Notes: a model not told the origin generated them from the letters alone. A stretch of 64,000 bases of DNA from Selaginella moellendorffii (GCF_000143415.4 NW_003314276.1:1336531-1400530), one strand, 5' to 3'; shown: positions 37,528 to 52,004, numbered from the stretch's first letter. A program made the numbers and translations.

Positions 37528-39258
37528 TTAACTGCTGGCACAGAACCGGTACTGCCGCATCTCTGCTTGCTCCAGCTCTGGCATCAGCAACTGTACAACC
37601 TCTAGCCTGTTGAGCCTCCGAGCATGGTTCACAAGCGTTTGCAAAGTATTCATTTGAGGGCTATGTCCACTGGCTTTCATCTCCCTCAGCATCGAGCATG
37701 CCTGGTCAATGTGACCAGCGCGGCCGAAAGCTTCCACCAGATTGCAGTACGAGCTGCGGTCCAGCGAAACGTTTCTGCCCTCCATTTCCTTGATCAGCTC
37801 AAAGCAAGCTTGGAGCCTCCCCACCTTGGCCATCCTGACCACAATCGTGTTGTACGTGTAATGGTCCGGCACGAGGCGCTGCTCCAGCTTGAGCTCCTCA
37901 AAGGCTTTCCAGGCCTCATCGACTTTCCCAACTTTTCCCAGCAAGTCGATGATGATGTTGTAAGTGATGAGATCGTGAACAAAGCCCCCCGCGGCCTTGA
38001 GATCGTAATAGAGCTCGAGCGCTACTTCCGGCTTGCCGACTTTGTTTAGTCTGGTCATGATCACGTTGAGAGTGAGCGAGTTGGGATAGAAGTTCATCTT
38101 CATCAAGTCCCGGACCAAGGTATGCGCTGCATCCACTTCCCCGGACCTCCCAAACGCATCCATCAGGATCCTGAAAGCCCTCTCCCCGGGCGAGCAGCCA
38201 TAAGACACCATCTTCCTCACCAAGTCCGCGGCTTGAGCAGTTTTCCCGGCTTTGCAAAACGTGTCGAGAAGAACGTTGAAGGTGACAATGTTGGGCTGGC
38301 ACTTGTTCGCTACCATCTCCTCAAACACCTTGGCCGACGCTTCCAAGTTCGTGGTGTTTCCAATCCCTTCCATGACGAAGTTGTACGTGTAGACATCCGG
38401 AGGATAGCCTTTCTCGGACATCTCCCTGGTGTACTTGAGCGCCTCGTCAACTTTGCCGAGCTTGCAGAGGCTGTTGATGACAACGTTGTACGCAAATCTA
38501 TCCGGCTTGTTCCCGGCCCAGATCATGTTCTTGAAGATCAGAGGCACCACCTGGAAACACCCAGCCTTGACGAGCTTGTGCATCACGTACTTGTAGTGCT
38601 TCATGGCCGGCTTCTCCGAGTGCTCGAACACATCGAAGAACTTCAAGGCCTTTTCGATCTCGCCACCGTCGAAGTAGCACTGGAAGAGGATCATGTACGT
38701 GATCTCGTTCTTCGCGACCTTGGCCTTGGCCATGTCGGCGTGGAGCTCCTCCATCATCCGGAAGTTCTTGGCATCCCCGAGAGTCTTCATCATCATGTTG
38801 TAGACGTAAGTGTCGTTGTAGTACTTTGGCTGCGTCTTCGCCCACCGGAAGAGCTTGAGCGCGGCCTCCTCGCCGATGCGCTGCTTCAAGATCTCACAGA
38901 CGTGGTATGGCCGCAGCCTCTTCACTCCGGATGATCTTAGCAGCTCCTCGGCGGTCCACCACCCAAGCTCCCCCTTCCTGATCGCCTTGGTCATCTCCAC
39001 CACGAACTGGAGATCCTCGTTCACGGGCTCCCACATGAAATCGCTGGTGAGCACGTCTTTCCTGTGGGAATCCAGCGAAATCTTCTTGAGTGGACTCTCC
39101 AGCCGGCTCCTGCTGATGTCCCTGCTGAGAGAATAGGGCGATGGGAGAGTGACGCAGGGACGTCGCCTCACCAGCAGCGATTCCGCCTCCATCGACAGGA
39201 ATCGCACCAGCCGGATGCTCGCTGCCGCATTCTTCCTCGTGATCGCGAGGAACCCCAT
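37528..39258 (-). CDS. P-class pentatricopeptide repeat protein, probably organelle-targeted, 576 aa
   Basis: Tandem 35-aa repeats (PDRFAYNVVINSLCKLGKVDEA, PNIVTFNVLLDTFCKAG); intronless. Confidence 0.95.
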   Translation of the reverse strand: MGFLAITRKNAAASIRLVRFLSMEAESLLVRRRPCVTLPSPYSLSRDISRSRLESPLKKISLDSHRKDVLTSDFMWEPVNEDLQFVVEMTKAIRKGELGWWTAEELLRSSGVKRLRPYHVCEILKQRIGEEAALKLFRWAKTQPKYYNDTYVYNMMMKTLGDAKNFRMMEELHADMAKAKVAKNEITYMILFQCYFDGGEIEKALKFFDVFEHSEKPAMKHYKYVMHKLVKAGCFQVVPLIFKNMIWAGNKPDRFAYNVVINSLCKLGKVDEALKYTREMSEKGYPPDVYTYNFVMEGIGNTTNLEASAKVFEEMVANKCQPNIVTFNVLLDTFCKAGKTAQAADLVRKMVSYGCSPGERAFRILMDAFGRSGEVDAAHTLVRDLMKMNFYPNSLTLNVIMTRLNKVGKPEVALELYYDLKAAGGFVHDLITYNIIIDLLGKVGKVDEAWKAFEELKLEQRLVPDHYTYNTIVVRMAKVGRLQACFELIKEMEGRNVSLDRSSYCNLVEAFGRAGHIDQACSMLREMKASGHSPQMNTLQTLVNHARRLNRLEVVQLLMPELEQAEMRQYRFCASS

Positions 39259-39505
39259 GCGGATATCCCGAAGAACCCTAAACTTCGCTTGGCCGATCGC
39301 ACCACATCGCCTAGCTGCTTAGCGATCCCACATTTCGTCCAGGAAGAATCAATCGAGCTGCGCAAAACCTCAAATCGTCTAGCCACAGCGATGCCTTCAT
39401 CGCCGGGAATCAGTGACACTGCCGCATTTTCTTCCTGAATGTGATATCTCCCGCCTTAGCTCCTCAAGAACCCTAATTCTCGGCTAGGGTTTCTGGGCAG
39501 CGAGG

Positions 39506-39733
39506 ATGTGGATCTTGCTCGAGGCCGTGCTGCTGATGCTCAATAGCATCGCGATCTTGAACGAGGAGCGATTCCTGGCGCCGCACGGGTGGGGTTTTGG
39601 CGACATGTCGCAGCACGGCAGCCAGACGCTCAAGGGGCAGATCATTGGCTTCATTCACGCTGTCCAATACTTGCGCATGCCGCTCATCTTCTTCAATCTC
39701 ATCGCCATCACTTCGATGCTTCTCTTCGGCTGA
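39506..39733 (+). CDS. YOS1: Yos1/IER3IP1-like ER-Golgi membrane protein
   Basis: LL.LNSIAILNEERFL...GW ... I.AVQYLRMPLI..N..I...LLFG signature. Confidence 0.92.
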   Translation: MWILLEAVLLMLNSIAILNEERFLAPHGWGFGDMSQHGSQTLKGQIIGFIHAVQYLRMPLIFFNLIAITSMLLFG

Positions 39734-39844
39734 GCTAAGATCGACCGATCGATCCAGAAAAAGAAGAAAATGTATGGCGCTTTTCTAGCTAATCAAATTT
39801 GCCGCAAACCCTAATTCCTGAACCCTAGGAGGGGAGGAAGAGCG

Positions 39845-40868
39845 ATGGCGTTCGTGGGCGCCTTGGGCAGTGAGGTGAGATTTTCCCTCTTTGTTTTCCC
39901 GATCGATCCACACTCTTGGCGCTGCGCAGTTGGGCCTCCGATTGCTGCTATCGCCCGCTGGAACAAACATTGTTGTGCGCACGGCAAGGTTCTCTTCTTC
40001 TTCTCTTCTCTCGCATTTTAAGATTTGGATTTCCATCCAGTGTTGGAATTGGGATCGGTTTTCCAGTGTATTCCACATTCAAGGCCATTGAGAGGAAGAA
40101 TCAAGCAGAACAGGAGGAATGGCTTGTCTATTGGACTGGTAGAAATTCCTTCTTGTTTTTCTCCCTGTTCTTCATGTTTTGTGGTGTGCAGTGTATGGAT
40201 GTTTCACTGTAGCGGAAATCTTCTCTGATTCCCTTCTCTCCTGGTAAGTTTTGTTTTCTTTCTGCTCCAATCCTCGTATGTTTTCTCTCGCGCAGGTGTC
40301 CATTCTATTACCACGCAAAGCTTGTTTTCCTTGTTTGGCTACAATTCCCACACAACTACGTAATTCTGTTCCATTTTTTTCCGCTCTTTCTCACTCCGAT
40401 CTTTGCTTTTCTTTCCTTGCTTGTAGGGAGCAAGGCATGTTTTCAAGGTGTTTCTAAAGCCTCTGTTCGTGAAACACAAACCTCAGCTCGACAGGATCGT
40501 CGAGGGAACACGCTCAGATCTCGTAAGCTCATAGGAGTTTGATCGATTCCTACATTTCTGATGAGCTCCTGGATTTTGCAGGACACTTTCGTCAAGACCA
40601 CAAAGGAGAGAAAAGAAGTCCAAGCTATCGTGCACACAACGAAAAATCTCGCTCTCTCAGGTAAAGCTCCACACAGTCTAAGAATCAAAGGCAAACTTTT
40701 TCTTCTCCTCATTACATTTTTTTTTTTTTTCCCTTCCTCTTCTAAGCGTACCATTCTCTCGGCGATTTGATCAAAGGCCACAACGATAACAGTAGCAGAG
40801 GAAACGATGAAGATCAAACAGATCAAACTTGGGTTCACGTTCGCAGAGACGAAGATCAAGATGAATGA
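39845..40868 (+). CDS. HVA22/TB2-DP1 family protein (HVA22k-like), multi-exon
   Basis: GIGFPVYSTFKAIE...EEWLVYW, PFYYHAKLVFLVWLQFP, GARHVF. Exons joined across short introns. Confidence 0.88.
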
Positions 40869-41020
40869 TGAAAAATGGCTGTAAAAATACTAGACTACAG
40901 AGTTTTTAGAATATTCGGGGAATCTTTTCGCTTTATGTTGACGCGACAGGGATATGCTGTTCTTATTCTAGGGCTAGGTCTCTCTTGGCTAGGGCATTGG
41001 TTCTTGGCTCCTCCGGCGCC

Positions 41021-41947
41021 ATGGCTTCGTCGCTGATCCGGGATCTCGGGAGGAAGCTGGCTCCGCGCATTGCATCGGCGGCGGCGGGGTCGGCGTCGTC
41101 CTTCCACACTTGCTCCTCCGGTCTCTCTCGGGGCGCGGCGTGGAGCGCGAGCAATGCGATGGCGAACTGGGATTGGGAGAGGCAAGAGAAATCCTCCTGG
41201 GGCAGCTGCGCTACTCCCTGGAGCTATTCCACCACACGAGGTAAGCAAATTCTCGCAAGAAGGGGGGAAAAGCTTCCATTTTCTGATCGATCTCTTCATC
41301 GTCCAGGCTGCGCACTCACGCGAGGGAGCGAGGCGCTGACGCGAGGAAGCGAGGACTCATCGCCCTTCCTCACGGCGCTGCGCAACCCCACCGCCAACAT
41401 TGTCTACGACGAGAGCGTGGTGGAGCGCTACCCGCCCGGCGACCCCGACCGAGCGGCCTACATCTACTTCGTCGCCACGGGCACCCGGTTCGTCTACGCG
41501 GCGGCCATCCGCGTGTTCATCCTGCGCCTCGTCATGACCATGTCCGCCAGCGCCGACGTGATGGCGCTCTCGAGCCTGGAGGTGGATCTCAGCAACATCA
41601 TCGAGGGCTCCACGATCACGGTCAAGTGGCGAGGCAAGCCGGTGTTCATCCGGCGCAGGACCCCGGACGAGGTGGCCACCGCCAACAGTGTTCCCGTGAA
41701 CTCACTCCGCGACCCTCAGCAGGACGCGGAGAGAGTGGTGAATCCCGAGTGGCTCATCGTGATCGGGGTGTGCACGCATCTGGGATGCGTGCCGCTGCCA
41801 AACGCGGGGGATTACGGAGGCTGGTTTTGTCCCTGCCATGGATCGCACTACGACGTGTCTGGGCGAGTGCGGAAGGGGCCAGCGCCGCTCAACCTCGAGG
41901 TGCCCGAGTATAAGTTCATTTCGGACACGATTGTGTTGATAGGATAG
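41021..41947 (+). CDS. UQCRFS1: Mitochondrial cytochrome bc1 Rieske iron-sulfur protein
   Basis: CTHLGCVP and CPCHGSHYD [2Fe-2S] boxes, [21 protein letters not shown], presequence-like N-terminus. Probable intron 41241-41306. Confidence 0.97.
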   Translation: MASSLIRDLGRKLAPRIASAAAGSASSFHTCSSGLSRGAAWSASNAMANWDWERQEKSSWGSCATPWSYSTTRGKQILARRGEKLPFSDRSLHRPGCALTRGSEALTRGSEDSSPFLTALRNPTANIVYDESVVERYPPGDPDRAAYIYFVATGTRFVYAAAIRVFILRLVMTMSASADVMALSSLEVDLSNIIEGSTITVKWRGKPVFIRRRTPDEVATANSVPVNSLRDPQQDAERVVNPEWLIVIGVCTHLGCVPLPNAGDYGGWFCPCHGSHYDVSGRVRKGPAPLNLEVPEYKFISDTIVLIG

Positions 41948-42692
41948 AGAGGGAAGAAGCGAGCACCAGAATCTCCAAGGCAAGAAGAAGAGACCCATTT
42001 TTCTCTAAGAACTTTGCTATGTTGACGAAGAAGAAGATGAGCTGAGCAGCGGCTGCCTGGCTTCTTGTTGGTTTTCTTTCCAACCAGAGAATAAGAATGA
42101 GATTGTAAACTTGTAGCTTGTGTCATAAAAAAAGTCACTGGATTTAAGTTCATATAAACCAAAGTTGATAAGTGTAAAACTACATTAAATGAGCAAATGG
42201 TTGAATAAACTAGAATATACTAGATAGTGTTTAAAAAAGTTTATAAACTATAAACATGTTTATAAATTATAAATATAAAATTAATCTAAATGAATAAATA
42301 GTAAAGTATCTCAAGAATATCCAGAACTTCCAGCGGAAGTGGTTAACTTTCAACCTAAGTTGAAAGTTAGTGAGTAAAATTTTTATAGATGGAGCCTCCG
42401 CTCAATGAAATGATGAATCAAAGTTTCTATAGAAAATGTGTCAATGTATGTGTGTTTTCGCGATATACCGTAACTTTTTTCACTATGATGTTCTAAGGAT
42501 TTTCTGAAATGGATATATAAAATATAAAGAATGTGGTGGTGGTCTTCTATAAACTTTCACACAATCACTATAGGCAAATGGAGAGAATAGAATATTACTT
42601 ATAGAGCTCCCCATCTACATCTGGAATAGCTTGGACACAAAATAGTCCATACTCGTCACTATATAAACTTTCATTTCCCAAATCTCTCCACA

Positions 42693-43835
42693 ATGGCGTC
42701 TTCTTCCACCACCTTCGCCATCGCCACGCTCCTCTTCGCTGCTTTGTTCGCTCCTGCAGCAAACCAGAGCAGCCCGGGCTCATTCTGCCCCACCTCGCTC
42801 TTCACCTTTGCAGATTCTCTCAGCGATGGTGGCAACCGCGACATCGAAGGTGGCGGCAAGACTCTCTCGGGCAGCTACCCCTACGGCGTCACGTATGGAA
42901 GGCCAACCGGGCGCTACTGCGACGGCCTCATCATCCCCGACTTCCTGGTCCAGAAGCTCGGTTTCGACAACATCGGCATCCCCAGCCTCGAGTTCAATGG
43001 CACCGAGTTCGTCAGCCTCAACTTCGCCTACGCGGGAGCCACGGTGCTCCAGGTCGAGAACCAGCCATTCTCGAGCCCTCTTCTCGGCCCAGGTTGACGA
43101 TTTCGTGCGCCACCAGCAGACCGTGGTTGCGCGCAATGGCCGCGAGCAGAGCGAGCCGTGGTACGAGAATGCGCTCTTCTACGTCGAGATTGGAGGAGAC
43201 GACATCAACTTCGCGCTGCCGCTGGGAACCGACACGGTGATCAATCACACCATCCCGGCCGTGATCCAGGGCCTCGCCAGCGGCATCGCCACGCTCTACA
43301 ACCACGGCGCTCGCCATGTCCTGCTCTTCAATATGCCCCGCGCGGATTGCTCACCAAACTATCTCCAGGCCTTCCAGCAGTACCCCGCCACTACGACAAC
43401 GATGGTTGCATTGTGGAGATCGGTCAGCTTATCTCCTACTTCAACTCCAACATCCAGAGGCTGGCGACCGTGCTCGCGCAGAACTACACGGGCCTCAATG
43501 TATACTACTACGACTGGTTCGCGGCGAACACGTACGTCATGGAGAACATGAACCAGTATGGATTCACGAACGCGCTCCAGTCGTGCTGCGGCGGCGGTGG
43601 CAAGTTCAACTGCAATGGTGATGGGCTTTGCGGCTGCGCTCCACTGAACGAGCCCAATGCGATTTACACGGTTTGCAACGATCCCAGCCGGTACTTCACC
43701 TTCGATGGAATCCACTACACGCAGCACTTCTACCAGATCATGTCCGACTTTATCATCGCCGGGCAGTACCTCACGCCGTCGGTGAAGCTGCAGAAGGGTT
43801 GCAAGGCCGTCAATGAGCCTGAGGGTCCTCTCTAA
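42693..43835 (+). pseudogene. GDSL esterase/lipase with two frameshifts
   Basis: Signal peptide, FADSLSDGG block I, PTGRYCDG, LNFAYAGA, IGGDD, FTFDGIHYT block V spread over three frames. Switches occur at ~43078 and ~43388 with no room for introns. Confidence 0.8.
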
Positions 43836-43950
43836 AGCGTCATGGTTTTCATTTCTCTCTCATTATGTATCTTGTGATCCCACACTAATATCATCAAACC
43901 TTGATAAACTTTTTGTTTCCCCTAGAAAAAATAGGTGGTCTAAAGTTGCC

Positions 43951-45971
<2,021 letters not shown>

Positions 45972-45997
45972 ATCTTGAGTAACATCAATAATGAACT

Positions 45998-47617
45998 TTA
46001 CCTCTTCGCTTCCAAGCTTCTCCGGCGTCTCATGAGCATTTGATTCTGGAGCTCCAGGCTTAGATCCATCCCTTCGAGTTTCATCCTGCCGTAGAGCCTG
46101 AAAGCCTGGTCGTACAAACCACCGACGGTGAAGGCCTCGATCACGCAGGCGTAAGTGGCCTCTTCCGGAGCGAAGCCTTTCTTGTCCATCTTCTTGATCA
46201 CTTGAAGGCAATCGAGAAGTTTGTCGTTCACGGCCAGTCCCACCAAGAGCACGTCAAACGTAGCCTTGTTTGGCTTGATCCTCGAGCTTTTCAGCCCTTG
46301 GAACAGCTCGAGAGCCTCGTCGGTCTTCCCCTCCTTGCAAAGCATTTGGATGACTATGTTCTTTGTCTCAATGTCTGAAGCGCAGCCGGCGTCCTTTCTC
46401 ATGTCCTCGTAGAGCCTGAGTGCCTTCTCGTACTGTCCAGCACCATTGAGAAGTCTCAAAAGCCCATTGTAGACCATACGATCCGAAACAGCCAAATCCC
46501 CGTAGAAGTCGGACGCCAAATTTGCGTCACCTTTCTCCTCGAGAAACTTCATGATGATCTTGTTCGAAGCCTCCTGGAGCTCGCAGCACCCCGCGACCAC
46601 CATCGTCTTCACAACCCCGAGAGCCTCGCACGCCTTGTCGGAGCTGAGCAGGAACTCCAGCAGGAGATTAAAGTTGTGGACGTTTGGCTTGCAGCCTCTC
46701 GCTGCCATGTCCGCGATGATATCAGGAGCTCGATCCATGTTCTCGGATCTCACAAGCCCGCTGATGAGATAGATGTAACTGTGGACGTCGGGAGCACAGC
46801 CTTTCTCCACCATATGCCTCGAAAGATCCACTGCTTCTCCAACTCTGCCGGTAGAACTCAGCGCATGGATCACGGCATTGACAGTCTCGGTGTCGGCTAC
46901 GTGACCAACTTGGAGCATACCCCGCACGATCACTGGCAGAACATCACTTCTCTGGCTCTCGATGAGCTTCTTGAGCACGTAGAGGTAGTACTTCTTCTTG
47001 GGCTTGCGCTTCACGTAGCTCTCAAACTCGAGGAAGCTCTGGACGGCCTTGTCCACCATGAAGGCATCGAAGTAGCTCTGGACCACCGCCATGAATGTCA
47101 CGTAAGTTCTCTGGATGTTACTGGCCATCATCTCCTTGAGAAGGAGATTGAGCTGCCGGAATCGCTGGTTGAGGCCAAGCGTCTTGAGCATGAGATTGTA
47201 GGAATTGGTGTCGTGCTGGAAGCCTGGCTGTGCTTGCGCCCAGCGAAACAGCCCCATGGCAGCGTCGGCATCGATGTTCTTGCGCAAAATCTCGCAAATG
47301 TGGAAGGCCTGAAGCTTTACCTCGAATTTCTTGAGAATCCCCGCCGCCTCCCACCAGGTGATCGCGCCGCCGCGGAGCACCAGCGTCATGTGCTTGATGA
47401 ATCCCACATCTGCGATCGATGGATAGCACTTGTACTGCTGGAATACCTCCTTGTCGATCTCCACTGGCCGCTCCTCCAGCCCCAAGAAGCTGTCCGGCAA
47501 GTGCAAGGGATCCAAGCGGCCGCGCGGGGATTCTAGGGAGTAGAATCTGGCGGCGCTGCGCAGCCCGGAAGAGACCGCATTGCCGCGGCGGAGGAGCCGC
47601 GCGATCGAAATCATCAT
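45998..47617 (-). CDS. P-class PPR protein, 539 aa, paralogous to 37528-39258
   Basis: PPR repeats; shared N-terminal block WW.A...L / H.CEIL / LFRWA..QP with the other PPR gene. Confidence 0.93.
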   Translation of the reverse strand: MMISIARLLRRGNAVSSGLRSAARFYSLESPRGRLDPLHLPDSFLGLEERPVEIDKEVFQQYKCYPSIADVGFIKHMTLVLRGGAITWWEAAGILKKFEVKLQAFHICEILRKNIDADAAMGLFRWAQAQPGFQHDTNSYNLMLKTLGLNQRFRQLNLLLKEMMASNIQRTYVTFMAVVQSYFDAFMVDKAVQSFLEFESYVKRKPKKKYYLYVLKKLIESQRSDVLPVIVRGMLQVGHVADTETVNAVIHALSSTGRVGEAVDLSRHMVEKGCAPDVHSYIYLISGLVRSENMDRAPDIIADMAARGCKPNVHNFNLLLEFLLSSDKACEALGVVKTMVVAGCCELQEASNKIIMKFLEEKGDANLASDFYGDLAVSDRMVYNGLLRLLNGAGQYEKALRLYEDMRKDAGCASDIETKNIVIQMLCKEGKTDEALELFQGLKSSRIKPNKATFDVLLVGLAVNDKLLDCLQVIKKMDKKGFAPEEATYACVIEAFTVGGLYDQAFRLYGRMKLEGMDLSLELQNQMLMRRRRSLEAKR

Positions 47618-47743
47618 CCCTTCATCATCCTCCTTTGGGGTGTTTTTTTAGGGTTCTAAGGATTTATATTCTTTTGTAGCGTTAGGGGAGGCGCTCAGCT
47701 CGTCGCGAGGACGCTTGGCGCATCGCCGCTCTCCGGAGGCGCC

Positions 47744-49700
47744 ATGGATTCCGGTAAGCTCTCTTCGTAGCGCAGCGCTCGCTAGGGCGCGATTTCTTGC
47801 TCCCGCGCTTGGCATTGCATGGATCCTCAGTAATTCTTGCTTGGTTTCGTGGTGTATAGACGCGGACATGGAAGATTATGGCTTTGAGTACTCGGAAGAA
47901 GACCCCGAGGAGCAAGATGTCGATATCGAGAATCAGTACTACAACTCTAAAGGTAGAGATTTTCTTTTCTGTGAAAGAAAACAATGGTATCGGCAGGATT
48001 TGTGGAGGCTGATCCTCGAGGAGCTCTCAAGGGCTTCGCGGAGGTCGTGAAGATGGAAGAAGAGAAAGGAGAATGGTAAACGAGCTTTTCTCTTTCTTTT
48101 CTCAAAGAAACACCACGCAGGGGATTCAAGGCTTTGAAGCAGACCGTGAAGGTGCATTTTCGATTGGGGACCTACAAGGAGATGATGGACGCCTATAGGG
48201 AGATGCTGACGTACATCAAGTCCGCGGTTACCCGGAACTACAGCGAGAAATGCATCAACAACATCATGGATTTTGTCTCCGGCACTGCAAACCAAAACCT
48301 GGAGCTGCTGCAAGAGTTTTACCAGACAACGCTCAAAGCTCTCGAGGATGCCAAGAATGAGGTTGTGCCTATGGTTCGTGTTTCTTGCTAATAGTGATTT
48401 GTGCAGAGGTTGTGGTTTAAAGCGAATCTCAAACTTTGCAAGCTTTGGTTCGACATGGGAGAGTATGCACGCATGAGCAAGGTAATCTTAGCCTGGGTGA
48501 TTTTTCTAATTTTCTGACCCTTCATTCTCTGCATAGATTTTGAAAGAGCTCCACAGATCGTGCCAGAGAGAAGATGGCTCTGATGATCAGAAGAAAGGAA
48601 CTCAGCTTCTGGAAGTATACGCCATTGAGATTCAGATGTACACGGAGACAAAGAACAACAAGAAGCTAAAGGTATCTATGCAGTTTTTTTTATGATATTC
48701 TACTGAACCTCGGCCTCAGCAACTCTATCAAAAAGCTTTGTCTATCAAATCGGCGATTCCTCATCCACGCATCATGGGAATCATCCACGAGTGCGGCGGA
48801 AAGATGCATATGGCTGAGAGGCACTGGGCAGACGCAGCCACTGACTTTTTCGAGGCCTTCAAGAACTATGACGAAGCCGGAGCACAAAGACGGATCCAAT
48901 GCTTGAAGTGAGTGGCTTTTACGAAAGTCCACAGGTGGTCTAACATGTTTTTTTCTTTGTAACAGGTATTTGGTTCTTGCAAATATGCTGATGGAGTCTC
49001 AGGTTAACCCCTTCGACGCGCAAGAAGCAAAACCGTATGTATCATTTTGTCCACATTCCTCAATTCTGTGCTTTGTTTATCTGTGCTGTCAGGTATAAGA
49101 ACGACCCTGAAATTCTAGCGATGACAAACCTTGTCGCAGCTTACCAGCGCAACGAAATTTTCGAGTTTGAGAAGATCCTGAAGGTAAAGCTGTTAAGTTG
49201 GCAGTCTGAGCCGGGCGAGGATTGATTTTATTTGATTTTATCTGGTAGAGCAACCGGAAAACGATAATGGACGACCCGTTCATTCGGAATTACATCGAGG
49301 ACTTGCTGAAGAACATCCGGACACAAGTACTATTGAAGCTCATCAAGCCTTACACCCGGATCCGCATTCCATTTATCTCGAAGGTCGGTTTTGTGCAAAT
49401 TCTATCTGCTGCCATTCAACTCTCTTGTGTAAAACAGGAGCTCAACATTCCGGAAAGAGATGTGGAGCAGCTCTTAGTGTCTCTCATCCTGGACAACCGG
49501 GTTCACGGTCACATAGATCAAGTTCATCAGCTCCTGGAGCTCGGTGACAGGTAACTCTGGACGATAGGTTCTAGTTAGTTTCGTTAGAACTAAACGGTGT
49601 GCTGTGCAGATCGAAAGGGCTGAAAAAATACACCGCGATCGACAAATGGAACACGCAGCTGAGATCTCTGTGCCAGACCGTCTCCAACAGGATCGGCTGA
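47744..49700 (+). CDS. CSN2: COP9 signalosome subunit 2, multi-exon
   Basis: [67 protein letters not shown] region [31 protein letters not shown]. Confidence 0.97.
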
Positions 49701-50717
49701 GAGCGAGAGGATTTTTTGTAACGCATTTAGCAACATCCACGCCAGGTCGGAGTTTCTTCTTCTTCTTCTTCTCTTTTGGCCTTTGTAGCTCAGTGTGTAT
49801 ATTCGCGAAAGAAAATTTTGAGATTCCTGATTTAATGCGTTGAAGGTTTTTCTACAAGGGATAGATTGCCAGGGCTTTGGATTGATGATTTGGAATGGCT
49901 CCACGCGATGGAGCTCTTCGAGAGAATGATCGATGCTGGGCGATGGATCGCGATCACATTGTGGCGATTCTGGATTGGGGAGAGCTCGCTGGGCCTTTTG
50001 CGAGGCAAGTTAATGGGTTTACTCCAGATGCTCTCTTTAACATTTCTTCTCTGGATTGTTTTTCTTGGACAGGATGTATGATTATAGCACTCCTCCATTC
50101 GATGCTCAAGAGTATGGATGAGCTACTTTGCTTGCGATCTCCCCGACGAGAGCTCGGTATAACGACTATGCAGCATATGCCTCGGATGGGCATTAGTAAG
50201 GCCTCTTTAAAAGCAATGCCCAGAGGGGGCATTTGTATGGCTTATGTGAAAAAGAGATAAACCCTAGCGTTCTTGCATTGCGGCATTTGCGAGGGAGACG
50301 ATGGGCGCGGGGTTGTCAGATGGTAATGCCGCTCCTCCGTCGCGATTTTCTGGAATCGCCTTGCAGGATCGGGCAGCCGCGCTCGAGGATCGGCAGTTCC
50401 AGGCGTCGCCGTTGCGCTGTGGCGGGGATCGAGCCGATATCGGACATGTTGCGAGATATTTCGGCTCCTCTTAGACGATTCTTTCCCATTTTCGCAGGAA
50501 TCCGGTATCCGCTGTTGTCTCGTTCGTGTTTGATCCTAGTTCTTCCTGCTACACTGCGTTTGCATAGCTGTGAACAAAGATCATCCACTGGAGCATGACA
50601 CTGGTGAGCGCTTTCTTTCTTTATCGGATCTTAGCCAGTTTGATCGATATTACCAGGGCGTGACTGGCTGAAGGAGGTGACACGTCGAGTTTCAAAGAGA
50701 AAGAGCGTTTGTGATGC

Positions 50718-52004
50718 AGCTAAACTCCATCAACTCGGCCTCTTTTTCGACACGGATCTTCAGCTCCAAAACTTGGCAGGCGATCAAGGTACTGAATCCA
50801 GCATTTCTTACTAGTCTCTAAAACTTTGAGTCCTTTTCCACTCGCAGACAAGCTTTTACTTGGCGCAACTACAGATAAGCAGGTTTAGCAATATCTTCTT
50901 TTACTTGCTTGCTCTCAACTCGTATTGCCAGGACCTTGCTGCACATGAGGTAGTGAGTGCTGCAGTCGTGGCTTATATCCAGGAGCTGCTTCTGGAGAGT
51001 TATGATATGACGTTAAAAACGCTGGAGCTCAAAAGGAATACATCACGTCAGGTAAGTAACTAGCATGATGAATTGAAAATTTCATGACTTTGTTGCCCAG
51101 ACAAGCACAATATTCGTGTCTTCGAATGTCAAGTCAGCAAAGGCGATTGTTTTACTTCTCTGTGATGGCTTATGGTCGAACAAAATCCATGTCAAGGTAA
51201 ATAGCAAATGCAAGACAATTTGTCTAAGCTTTATGTGTTGTTTTGCTAGGACTCCCTTCTTACAGTATTGGCATTTCTTGGTAATGCATGAATTCTCAAA
51301 TTCAAGTTCTTACATTTTCCAATCAGAATGGGCTCACGGGCTTGGGATGGCAGTGGTTGTTCTAAATCCAAGCGAGGTGGCGTTCAACGTGCAAACCATT
51401 CCATCTTGTGTTTTTTTTGTTTGTTGTGGGACTGACAAAGAGCATTGCAGCAAGCTGCAAGTGCCGACATTTCGCTTGAGCACGTTCTATGTGGATGGGA
51501 CTTCGTCTACACAACTTTCCCTGGCACGGTGCTTGCTGTCGTTGCTCACGGCTCTGGAGGAAAGCTCGCACTCGATCTTTTAAGCCGCAGACATGTCGTC
51601 CTTCCTGAAGATTGGGAAGCTGTCCAGCGACTGAGATGCTTCGCATTCTGCAATTCAGAGATTCCAAGCGATTCTTTGCAAGTAAGAGTTCTTTTCTGTG
51701 AGACATATAACGTGTTAAGCTCGTTCGTAGGTGCTTTCTCGTCGGCAATTAAACTTCCTTGAGAGCAACTGCACTAATTGGGTCTCAGAAGACAAGCTGG
51801 CGACAGAAAGAAGCCCGATAAAACAGGTGCCCTCTGGAGCAAAGACCCACGAGAAAGCTGTAGAGTTCGCTTTCAATCCGATGTGTAACTTCCTGCTGGC
51901 GAATCTGAAAGACGCAAGGAACGAAATCCATTTGAAGGTAACTGCTATGTGAAACTGTATCATCGTAACTGACAGATCATTTTGATTTATTGCAGGCTGT
52001 GTGA
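50718..52004 (+). CDS. FAM172/Arb2-like alpha/beta-hydrolase-fold protein, multi-exon, 5' end unresolved
   Basis: Ordered motifs LHQLGLFFD, YIQELL, IFVS, GLWS, VVVLNP, EHV...WD, VAHGSGG, FAFCNS, NCTNWVS, SGA.THE parallel FAM172A/Arb2 (VIVLNP, EH..YVWD, VAHSYGG, NCCNWVSS, SAGT..HE). Confidence 0.7.

Noticed and set aside
38122-38934. Long antisense/overlapping ORFs over GC-rich genes (also 46676-47536, 23018-23734, 20641-21019, 28380-29291)
   Set aside because: Expected shadow frames of high-GC3 coding sequence or GC-rich leaders; no recognisable domains.
49850-50260. Possible PPR (PLS-class) remnant (AMELFERMIDAG...)
   Set aside because: Too short and degenerate to support as a feature.
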